Below the pieces are notes generated by a model. The model was not told where the DNA came from. It saw nothing but the letters and a program-made list of their open reading frames with translations, and did not search any database. The translations under genes and the position numbers were made by a program. This document shows, piece by piece, positions 39,503 through 51,020 of a DNA stretch of 64,000 nt. The DNA comes from Lingula anatina (taxonomy: Eukaryota > Animalia > Brachiopoda), in assembly GCA_051362555.1 (NCBI GenBank), contig CM120641.1:47312401-47376400 (forward strand), given 5' to 3'. Each line of letters starts with the position of its first letter. The first letter of the stretch is position 1.

Positions 39503-42500
39503 CTACAATGTCTTCATCATCATGAGTACAAGTATCACCAAGCCCAGCCATGGTGGTGACAGGCGCACCCCTCTACTGCTGGCACGAGCTCCAGCACACT
39601 TATCTTCGAAGTTGTCGTTATTACATCTGTCAGTGCTGCAGCAACATTCACAGGAACCGCTTGCATATTTACATTCACCCTTGTTACACGTCGAGGTTTC
39701 CACTTTCGAGGCGCAACTCAACTTGATTTCGGTCACATCGTCATCTACGTAGGTTGCCAACACCTATAAAAAGGGATGCGTGGGGTATTACGGTTTAAGT
39801 TTTAGTCTGAAAAACTGAATGACTCCAAAACAGAATGCATCATTCAGCCGTGAAACACTTCCTCGAATATTCACTGTTTTCAGTGGCCCTTGAAATGGAA
39901 ACGACAGTCCGATATTCAACATATCTTCTGTGATAGGGCCTATTATTGTTTTGAAATTTGGTCTGTCCTTTCTCCGCATGTCTTGATTTTACAAACTCTA
40001 GTCATCGCACGTTATATTTACTTACAGTACTTGTATATAAGGTAAATGGGTCAATGACGCGTACTGCCGACTGAATTTTTTCTTGCCGTAGGCTACAGTG
40101 CTGATCAAATATACTCACCCAACAAGTGGAGGATTGACAAGAGCCAGAGACATTCTGTGTCCCACTCCAATCAGTTGTGGTTCCGTTTATACAAGTGACC
40201 TTTAAGAAGGAACATTATGGAATTAACAATTTGACAAATAAATGATGATAATTATAATGATGAATAAATTGATAAATAAATTGATGAAAATGGTTAGTTT
40301 TAAAACCACATCCACTGTCTAGCATATATCGGTCAAAGTGGAACTGGAAAAGAGAAAATAACCGTGTATCGGTAGTCTGGGAATAAATATCCCCCGCAAA
40401 GAAAAAAATAGTATGCAGTTTTTCAAGAGATCACGAGTTAAAATGGATAAAAATTTCGACCTTTTTTTTTTTATTACTAAAGGCAATTAATGTTACGAAA
40501 ATGATTAAACTAAAATCTTCAGGTTGTTAGATGCAAATTTACCTAGCGTCCAGATGTTCACGACTCTTAACTACTTACCTTGGCTGCCGGTGTTAATGAA
40601 GTGTCTGAAGTGATAACGGAAGCGGCAGTACCGGATGCAGTGGTTTTGACAGTGGCCTGTGATCCATCACCGCCGGCAGTGGAATTAACAGTGGCTTTGA
40701 TAGGGGGCGCTGTAGTAGTAGAAACAGTGACAGAGGACAGTGGAGTTATAACTGGAGTAGGTGTTGGTGAAGGCTCTGGCGGTCTTGCTAGAAACCACAA
40801 CAGGGAGGCGTTAAGTGTCACATTGTCAAAGAACAAGTTCTGTATCTAAGTCCATATCCATGATTTCTTGAAATATAAAAAGCAATCCTTATTATAAACG
40901 AACGCTTTAAGCCATGCATAAAGTAACTTAAACGAACAAAACATGCATAAAGAACGGGCAGTTAATAGTTGTGTCAGTGTAGAAAAGTTTAACTTGTCTT
41001 GAACTATATTTTCAAAGGATCTAGGGCACTATTCATAATACGCCTAGCAAGAGGATCTCTTTTTCTAAACGTTTAGCGCTAGAAGTGAAAGGGTTAGACG
41101 CAATTACTTGATATTTGTTTAAATTGCAATTTGGGGTGGTAACATCTAAAATTGGTAAAAAAAAGTCGGAATTAAAGAATGTCAATGGAATTTCTCGCAC
41201 ATATTTCAAAATTTTGAATTTTCTATAGAGGAAAAGTAGGCCTATATCTCTCCGGATTAAACTTTGTTAGTTGTAAGAAGTCATGACCTAGATTCACTTC
41301 GTGCAATTTGATGTTGTTACACCGTAAATTTCTATAAAAAAATTCAGATTTTTTCTTAAATTGCCGATTGGCACTGTTCATGTTTATTTCAAAACTACGA
41401 AATTAACATGGGCATTGAAAATTGAAAATCAATAGATTTCATACTGGGCCAATTCCCATTCTACAAAACAAAATCTCTAAAATTTTCGACTTTATCACAG
41501 GACAAAAAATTATTCACAAACAAATAAACTGACAGAGATATAAAATTGCTAACGAAATATATAATATAAAAGATCGACCAAATATAAATTTAGCCACCAG
41601 AGTTGTACTTTTTTGTGTAAAACAAAGGGATAAGAGAGTGCTGGAAATTTGGGCTCTTAACTTGACAGTTAAGTCTTAAACTGCGTTCCCGTAATCTTAT
41701 CGTACTAGCAGGATCAATCGATCTCAGCAGGGATTCTCGCTAAAGCTTAGGTCCCAACTACGTTTTGGACGCACGGTTTTTTAGGTTCCTTGCGGCCGGC
41801 TAGGGGAAGCTAGAACGCACGTAGCGGCTCTTGATCATGTCGAAAAGTTTCTACGTGCTGTTTGCGGCCTCCAAAAGTCGGACGATGGACGTGCTCCTCA
41901 CGCATGAACTCCCACGTTTTCTCCATTTTTTTGGCCGTAGACCACACGTAGCAGCCCGTGCGTTCGGTTGGGACCTAGGCTAAGGTGCAGTCAATGTAAT
42001 CAGCCTGGCGCGCTCCAGCACGTCTGTCTGGCACGCTCACGCAGCAACAGCACCCTCTACCAGGGTCAGAGATTGATTTCACAGGATATTCACAGATATA
42101 TCTTTACATCATCAGTTTTTTCCTATTTTGCTGACTGATAAATGAAAATAAGGATAAAAATCGTGTTTTAATAACTATAACTTTTAATTATCCCTTTGAT
42201 GTCAATGTGACATCAGTTAATTAATTGGATTTCATCTATGCAGTAGTTGCCGACATACATGTATGGCTACTTTTTTAACAGAACCATGCTTCGCCAAAGC
42301 CAACACTACCCAATTAAGAACGCATTTTTACCTAGACAAACCTTTGAAACTGAAATATTTCATATTAAATATCAAGTCTGTAAATAGATGGTCATTTTAC
42401 TATCTCTGGCTTTTCTCATTTTCCCTATATAATCAGCCACCCTGGTAGTGGGTACAGCAACGGCGTGTGTGGAGGTGGGGAGACCATCAGAGAATTAGCG

Positions 42501-43413
42501 CCATCGCTTTTTAACTGGATCGGTTAGACTGCAGATCATCTTTTCTGAATGCACTCCAAGTCAAAGTACCACAAACAATATTTATGAGCATTTGTTAATT
42601 GTCTTAAAGTACAAAACGGCTCTATTTATTAGAAACTCATTCCTCCACTTAAAAAGTTCATTGCCTAAAACTACAAAACGTAATTACAAACTCATTTCTT
42701 TGTTAAACCAACAGATTACTAATGGTCTTTGTGACAGTGTTATCAATTTAATTGTGTTAAACACATCATTAAACCGCGAACTCCCTCTTCACACTCAAAA
42801 TGGGAGTTTAAAATTAAAAAATATTGCCAATCATAATTTATTCCTTATGAAAATCAAATCAGTTCGTCCTGGCCCTATTACCAATCTTCAAAAAAATTGA
42901 AACAAAAATCTGTAAAATTGTTACTTTTATCGCAAGACAAAAATTTAACCACAAATGCACAAACTCGTAAGCGAGCAGACTAATAAACTAATAAGCGATT
43001 TTTTTCACACGTTATGTTATATCCTTGAACTTTTTGTGCTAAAATAGAGTTTTTAGTGTTATCCTACTTTCTTTGCTAGTTTAAAGTTGATGTTCACAAC
43101 ATTTTGCCTTACTTGTTGGTGTTATGGTTGTAGGTGGAAAATAAGGTGTTGCGAGCACTTTATAACAGGTTAAAACTGGAAATGAAAATAAAAACAAACT
43201 TTAAATATCAAGTTTCCAATGAAGGCTAAACATCTTTAAACAACAAACTGATCGAAAGATCTTATGTGCTAATTACTCGAATATTTTCACACTCAGTGAA
43301 AAAACATTTGAAAACATTCCAACATATAATGAGATCAACATTATCATGAGCTAGCAATACAGTATATACGTACCTAAATAACAGCAAAATATGCTGGAAA
43401 TTTGCTGTGCCAT
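39503..43413 (-). CDS. Mucin plus three-finger domain protein, predicted GPI-anchored, 217 aa (cluster gene D)
   Basis: Exons 43413-43374, 43175-43113, 40787-40579, 40199-40119, 39763-39503 in frame: MAQQISSIFCCYLVLTCYKVLA, Thr/Ser/Pro region, VTCINGTT...CQSSTCW...CECCCSTDRCN...DKC, tail PPWLGLVILVLMMMKTL. Confidence 0.88.
41744..41981. mobile_element. MITE (~238 bp) in intron 2 of gene D
   Basis: Termini AGCTTAGGTCCCAAC / GTTGGGACCTAGGCT (14 of 15); GC-rich interior; TAA at both junctions would fit PIF/Harbinger but the duplication is not clean. Confidence 0.75.
42105..42380. repeat. Fused copy of the two flanks of the Tc1 relic
   Basis: 42108-42230 matches 37227-37340 and 42235-42380 matches parts of 38556-38842; the 1.2-kb transposase segment is absent. 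Confidence 0.75.
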
Positions 43414-43903
43414 GATAAAGCTGTGTGGCCTTCGTGTCGGTACCGCCTTCCTGTATTTCTCCACCTGTATTTCTCCAAGACTAAATAAACTAAAATTTAT
43501 AACAGACGAGTGTCATGTGCATTAAACATGTCGGATTCTTATTCGTTCTCTTGTAATACTTATTGCTGTAACTAAGTAACATCCAATTGATTACCAACCT
43601 TTTTTTAATTTGAGAGCCAAAATACAATGCAAACTGTGAACGGAATTTTGGATAAGAAAATGTTATCCATCTGTTATCAAATCCCTCAAAGCCTTAAACT
43701 CAAAACCACTATTGTGTCATTGCATTAATGTATAAGCAATGGCACCAAATCAATCAATTAAGATAATTTTTAAACTGTAAATCAAATTCGTTGTAGAAAC
43801 AAAGTGCAAATACACATTTGTAACAAAAAATTGATAAGGTATTCTTATAAGAATAATATATTGCATATGTGAGAGTCAAGTGGCTGGCTCAAAATATATT
43901 GAC

Positions 43904-43987
43904 TCAAAGAGTGGAGTATTGACAAGAGTCAAAGACATTCTGTGTTCCTATCCAGCCACCTGCTGTTGTTCCTGCTGGACAACTGAC
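43904..43987 (-). pseudogene. Orphan degenerate copy of the first three-finger exon
   Basis: Intact acceptor (TTTTCACAG) then VSCPAGTTAGGWIGTQNVFDSCQYSTL-stop, homologous to 40199-40119 and 46903-46820; the CW codons and donor are destroyed and no last exon follows. Confidence 0.8.
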
Positions 43988-46202
43988 CTGTGAAAATGAC
44001 AATATAGAAAACTTACTTCCAAAAAAAAAAAAATAAATAATAAAGTAAAGGAAAATATATATTTTAATATATTAATTTCAATAGTCAAGAAAGGGTAAAA
44101 TGCTCCGGACACCATAATCTCTAGTCAATATAGAACCAGTTATCCAAACAATTAATGGCATCTTGCTTCGCAACAAAGGCACCAAAAAAGTGATACAGCA
44201 TACCAACTATGATATTTATCAGATGGATTTAGGAGATAAAAGGTCAGATCAAATTTCACTGTTATATTTATTATCATATACTTGTACCATATATAAGTTT
44301 TAATATGCAAAGCTATCACTTCCATATTGGTTTTGGACCAATAAGAAACTAGGAGTAAATGTTTTATCATCTTTGAGAATAAAAATCTAAACCAATGTCT
44401 ACAAGACATACATCAAATCTAGATACATAGTAAAGAAATATTTTATGACAACTTATACAGGATTTTGCTACTATGAACATTGTTACATGTACTTGGCGTT
44501 ATAATTCTTGGATCCACAAGTACTTTTTCTATTTTTTTTTCCACAAAATTAATTTTTTTTTCATCAAAATATTTCAAAATAATTGTACCTTTCATGGTCA
44601 ATGAGACATAATTACATCAGTTTAATTGATTAATAAACGTAGGAAGTTAACTCAAATCGAACAAGAAAGAGTCTCTCACCTAATGCCTAAGATTTCGGTT
44701 TTGATCACCAAATGGCGTGGAAAATAAAGTTTCTAAATTTATGTGACAAAAATACATTTAGTAATCATTCGTTTATAGGCAATACCCAGACTTCCTGATA
44801 AAACAAGCTTATCAGCGTAAAGACGAACGCGGTGTGCACCAATCACGTATAGACTACGAGAACAGCTGAAATTGTCTACCAAGAAACATAGAAATGTGTA
44901 TAGAAAACACTTTCGCTACCGACGCCGTTGCGACTGATATGGCCGCGGTTGCTTCGTGATTCTTCTCTGCTTTGTTTTGGACCCTGAAGAGATATCTAGT
45001 TTTGCAAAAGCCAAGGGTTCAATGTTAACATGTTTAATCTTTTTTGTAGTAGGGTTATTGTTGATATATTTTTATGTTTCATATAAAACTTCGTATTAAA
45101 AACGCGTCCATGCATCTTAAATGACCATTTTATTTAGCTTTCCACTTTCCACTTGATTCACTCTCTTATGCACGTACTCGGTACTTCTTTTAGTGGGGTT
45201 GCTAAAAGTATATCAATACACATTGGTCGTAACATCCTTTCTTTCAAACTATTATATACTTGCTTCATTCTTTTGCTTAACAGCAAAAATAGATTTTCAG
45301 GAATTATTTCATTTTAATTTAGTTTTATTATTTTTTTTATTAAATTGTAATCACAAAACAGGAACTGACTTTAAGATATTTTATTCTATTGATTTTTATT
45401 CATTTTCAACATTAACAATAATTATTATAATAATAATTTATTTGTATTTGGCGCATTCCATTAAAGGCCTTACTGCGCCTTACGATTTAAGAGCTAAATA
45501 TTACATTTAATAAAGATTTTAAATGACATGTTTCACATATGAAATACAAAAACATCATAAACATTTAAATAGCAAAAGTATCAAAATTATATTTTTCTGT
45601 TGAACAGATCGTTAAAATTTTTTACAATAGCTATATTTACAACAATAATGAACGTAAATGTAGTGACCTTCATTCGTGACCTTGATCCAGTGACCTAGTT
45701 CAATCATAGAAAACATGACAAAAACATCTTTAAACAATCACCAAAGAAAAAACAGTGACACAACGCGCCACTTACACGATTTCAAATTCCTGCATTGTAA
45801 AGTTTGGTCAGAAAAACGAAATGCTTCCGGTGATATGATTAATGGATATATATCAAAACGTTTTCTTCCTGAACAGGTGACTTTCATTTAGGCACATCAG
45901 GCACAGTGACGTCCATGTTGGAAAGATCCACAAGCAAAAATACACCTACTCGTGTTGACAGCTCAAGTTCACTGAATCCGCCTGCAACGCTTTGAAAAAA
46001 CTTCGATTATGTACTTTTTAGTGTTACGCTGATATATAAAAATGATCAGTTGTGGTCACCTCGCTTTCTCTTTTGGCGTCAAATCCATAATCACAGTGAT
46101 ACTTTATAAACAAGACGATAAAATACAGTTTCTGAGTTCCATTTTACAATTATCACTCGTATAGTTCTTACAAATTGTAAATATCTACTAATCAGTGCAA
46201 CC

Positions 46203-47864
46203 CTACAATGTCTTCATCATCACGAGTACAAGTGTCACCAAGCCCAGCCATGGTGGTGACAGGCGCACCCCTCTACTGCTGGCACGAGCTCCCTCGCACT
46301 TCTCGTCGAAGTTTTCATTATTACAGCTATCAGTGCTGCAGCAACATTCACAAGAATCATTTGCATATTTACATTCATCCTTGTCACACTTCGTGCCTTG
46401 TTCTTTCGGGGCGCAACTCAACTTGATTTGGGTGACTTCTTTGTCTGCATAGGTTGCCAACACCTATAAAAAAAGACACACGCGGCATTAATTCTAGCTT
46501 AAATGTAGTAACTGAATGATGCCAATGTGGATAGCACCATTCAGCCTTAAAGTACTTTCCAAAGAATTCACTTCTTAAATCATCCACTGTTGACATACCT
46601 AAAAAATGGAAACACATGTCAATCCTAAAAAAAAAACATATCTTTATCCGCATCTTTAAAATAAAGTGTAGACCTATCTTTATTGATAAGATGTTTTTAA
46701 TTTTGGTCGATCATCTCTTGCCATTTTCGACTTCACAAGACACACTCAGTAAAATTAATATGCATAAAGCAAATGGCTCATTTTTCCCGTGTTAAATACA
46801 GCTGATCCATTATACTCACCCAACAAGTGGAGGACTGACAAGAGCTAGAGGCATTCTGTGTCTTACTCCAACCAGTTTTGGTTCCGTTTATACAATTGAC
46901 TACCTGTAAGGAAGAACAATATAGAAAATTTAACTTCCAATACACACCGATAATAAATAAATAAATAAAATAGTAAAATTTTATCAGTTAATCAACATAT
47001 TGTTGGCCATCTAGCCGAGGAAGCGTATGTTGGTCACCAACAGAAGAGAAAAAATAACTATATTTCGGAAGCCTAAGAAGAAATATTCCTGAAATATCTC
47101 ACGACATGATTGATCGTAGATAGAAATAAATATATATTTGGTAAATTGATTTTGAAATTATCTCAAAGAACACTAGTAAATGGCCGAATTCGGACATGGC
47201 ATTTTTGCACATCATTTATGTACTTAGGGCAACATGCTAAAGTTATTGAACGAACATCGGCAAAAAGGCACCTACATATGTGGATGACTGCTAGATGTTC
47301 ACAGCCCTTACATAATTAACTGCTTACCTTTGCTGCCGGAGTTGTGGCGCCTGAGCTTGATGTGGTACTGGAAGCGCTAGCACTCGCCGCTGTACCGGAA
47401 GCAGTGTTTGAGACAACTGACGTGGCTCCGCCAGAGGAAACGCTGCTGCTGCCGCCGCCGCCACCAGAGTTCGTTGTAACAGTACCCAGAGGAGGAGTAG
47501 TTGATGGTGCAGACGATGCTGTAAACAACACGAGATAGTGAGGTATAGCAGAGTCAAAGCGTCAAGAGTCAAGCTGTGTATTTAAATCTTTCTTGCAATA
47601 TAAAGACAATTCTTTATGAAAATTAAGCCCTTTTCCCAAACTATGTAAAAAATATGGACAGTCAACATATGCGTCCCGATGTAAAAATCTGACATAAATA
47701 TATCACTTATTTTTCTTACGTCTAGGGCAACATGGTGCGTTTTAAGACAGTGATGACTTGGCCTAAATGACTATTTTAAAATACGGCCAGAATGGGTAAA
47801 GTGATCTTTGATATAAAAATGTTTGTTGCGAAAATAAATCATTGTATTTCTAAGGAACGAAAAA

Positions 47865-47911
<47 letters not shown>

Positions 47912-48351
47912 GCCAAAGGTTGAAAGAACCAAATCTCCTTTGCAACACAAAAGTTCATGTTAATAACACTTTTATTCTACCTGTCGTTGCAGATGTATCT
48001 ATTGTGGTACTATTTCCGAGCACGTTGCAACAGGCTACAACTGAAAATATGAAAGACAAACTTATCATAGGAAGTTTAAACGATGTCTTAATATTTCTTG
48101 AACACACACACTGAACAAAAATATAATTTTCACAAGTTTTAGGGATGTCCAAATATTCTCTTAATATACGCATGTACAACTGTATAAAAATATCCCTTTT
48201 CATAACCGCTGAATATTCAAATATTTAATTAGGCAATTACAATATATGATAGTCATTTTATATATGTTATTAAAGCAACAAGATCATAAGACGATATCAT
48301 GAACATACATAAACAAATCCAAAATAACATGCTGGAATATTGTTGTGTCAT
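46203..48351 (-). CDS. Mucin plus three-finger domain protein, predicted GPI-anchored, 212 aa (cluster gene E, paralog of D)
   Basis: Exons 48351-48309, 48040-47981, 47518-47328, 46903-46820, 46463-46203 in frame: MTQQYSSMLFWICLFVACCNVLG, Ser/Thr/Gly region, VNCINGTK...CQSSTCW...CECCCSTDSCN...EKC, tail PPWLGLVTLVLVMMKTL. Confidence 0.88.
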
Positions 48352-51020
48352 GGTAAAGCTGGGTTGCCTTGGTTTCACTTGTCAGGGTGTCACTTGTCAG
48401 GGTTTTCGTCTTTATATTTCTATACCTGAATCACAACATTAATCCGAATAAACTACAGACAAATGAAAATAATAAGTCAGAGTATGAAAATAATTTTTAA
48501 AGAGCATCATGACAACCACAGAAAAGATATTCATTACAATTGGTTTATGTGTCATGTAGATTAAGCATGTAGGCTTCTGATTCGCCCTCATGTAATATTC
48601 ATTGCTGTAACTAAGTGACATTCAATTGTTTACAAACATTTGCAATTTGAGCATATAAATTAATGCAAACTGTGAACGAAATTTTGGATACGAAAATATT
48701 GGTGTGAGATGCGTTATCCATCTGTACTCAAACCCGTCCCAATCTTGTGCTTTAAATCAGGATTTGAAGGATCTTATCTGGTGAGTCAAGTGCGTCATAA
48801 CATTAATCTATATGCAATGACACCAAATCTATCACAAGAAATTTAATCAAATCCGTGGTAGAAACAAAGTGTGTCTACACAATTGTAACAAAACAAGGAG
48901 TTCCTTTATGATAGATTTCTCCGAAACCGAGCGTCCTGGAATACCGCCTTATTGCCAAACGGTGAAATTGAAAGGTCGATTACGGCGAATTCCAGTCACT
49001 GATCTGTTAAATCTGAATGGCGTTTCCTGTACCGGCCTAGCTCTTATTTTTTCTTACCGAGCGAGAGAAGGTATAAGAAACAAGGTGTTAGATATCAAGT
49101 GACTATGGTTTGAAAGAATATTTTAATCAGACTGAAGTCTCGTGGTATAGTGCCCACACACATACAAGGTATAATTAAAGGTTGTACTAGAAGAAGTATA
49201 CAGCTTAAAGGTCTGACACAGTTTTTTTATTATTAACAACACTGCCAAGACTGTGTAGAAGTTTCTCTTTAAACATTGAAAGATAAGACAAAGATTGGGT
49301 CAAAAATACCCCCATAAAAAGACCTTTCCTTCAGCTAACATTTGCCATTGCCAAAAATATAAGAAGGTAATTTGTTATTGTATAATCGGTATATGAATTT
49401 ATCTCGATATTTACAGCTAAAAAGGGACACTAATTATCTTCAGAATTAGCAAACATATGTTTGTGTATTTTTGGAAATCAGAAATGAAGCCTTGGATGCA
49501 CTACAAGTGTAGATATTTTGAAGATAGTAACAGATCTACTAAATAAAAAGCTTCAATGGTGCATTTGTCTTCATCCTAACGTCTTTTTTCAATTCTATTT
49601 TATTTTACTTACGTCGGGTACATGATTAAAATTTTGACAAGAATTATTGCGCGTTGAATTTTTTCAGCGTAAATACGATAAAGCAATCCCTGTAACCTGT
49701 TCCATATTTTAAAGAAAAAAATTAAAATGGACACTTAAAATCTATTTAGTAACTAGTAAAACAAAAAGACACTCACCAATTGCGTTCTTCTCCCCACTCA
49801 CTGCTAGATTGAACTGAATAGTATGTGTATCAGTCAACTCTGGCATCACGTTCCTTTTTATCATTGTTTCAATGACAACACCACAACATCTCGACAAAAC
49901 AACCTTATCAGCTTAGCGACCAGCCGGCTACCAACCGATCGTTCTCAGTTTGTAATGTCGAACAGGGTCGTCTGCCAGGAAGAAGAGGCACGTGTTTTCC
50001 CACCGTTGGCATGGTAGCGCGTGAACTAAAGGAGATACAGTGCACCTCCCAGTGATAATGTGACTGAGAATATAAAGCGTTCGAGAGACCTCTATTGAAA
50101 CCTTGTAGAGGTCGCAACCCCACCTTATAAATTTTTCTTCATATATATTTTAATTTCTTATCGCCGTTAGTCCGTTGCTAGCTTGAGGCAGACGGTTGAC
50201 ATAGCCCATCCGGAATTTGCATTAAATTTATAGAAGGATAACTCTCTAGATTGTATGTCCGGACCACTCCTGGCATCTCGGGATGGGGTGCACTTGTTTC
50301 AAATTATCTAAGCATTCAGTAAACAGCTTTTCTTTTAAATAATATAAGATTTTAACTTAGGCAGAATTGATACGGAACTAATCAGTTTTAAGGAATTTTC
50401 TCCTCAATGATATGATGATATACATTACAATGCGAGAACATACACTTACATGTTAGAAATGTTGTCAGTATAGGATATTCTGTGATTAATAATATCTAAT
50501 ACCTATTCAAATATTAGACCGACAGTGGGATTTTTTTTCGTTCAGTTAAGTTTTTCGCCTTAGCGAAGGTGAGACTAATCAAATGTGTCTGATGTTTTAG
50601 GCAAGCGCATTGTCTGAAACAATGGCTTCGTCAGTAGCTAAGTTCAAAGCTTAGAGTGTGCGCAGGCCTATAGATTAGACTGGCTAAGTTACAATTTCCA
50701 TTACCATATTGAACAGCTCCGTGCTGCAGAAATAGAAAATCACATTACGATTTTAGATCCGATATAACCCCAAAGTTGCGGGTTAGACGGCCCCATTGTT
50801 TTAGCTTATTCCGTATACCCCTATCATGTATTATCCGTCATGTAATTTACGGAGCTGTTAATTAAAATACAACAAGTTTTAACGGCGCTGTGTACATACT
50901 TGATAACCCAAAGTCATGATAACGCACGTCTATTTTAGGCTGTATTGCCTGATAAATAGCTGATATGTACTTTACGACACCTTTATTTCACATGGAGAAT
51001 AAATACACTTAAAAAAATCT

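Larger units (their letters stand above)
36100..48900. repeat. Tandem segmental duplication carrying cluster genes D and E
   Basis: 36100-37150 matches 44200-45280; 38990-39770 matches 45660-46470; 40110-40860 matches 46810-47600; 43330-43830 matches 48280-48895, all in the same orientation. Confidence 0.9.

Noticed and set aside
25285-48351. Secreted three-finger toxin genes or true receptor kinases
   Set aside because: Each ends in a hydrophobic GPI-type tail with a stop, and no kinase exons are present in the window.
49780-50290. GC-richer stretch that may be another decayed Tc1 on the minus strand
   Set aside because: Only vague motif resemblance; no convincing catalytic motif or termini.
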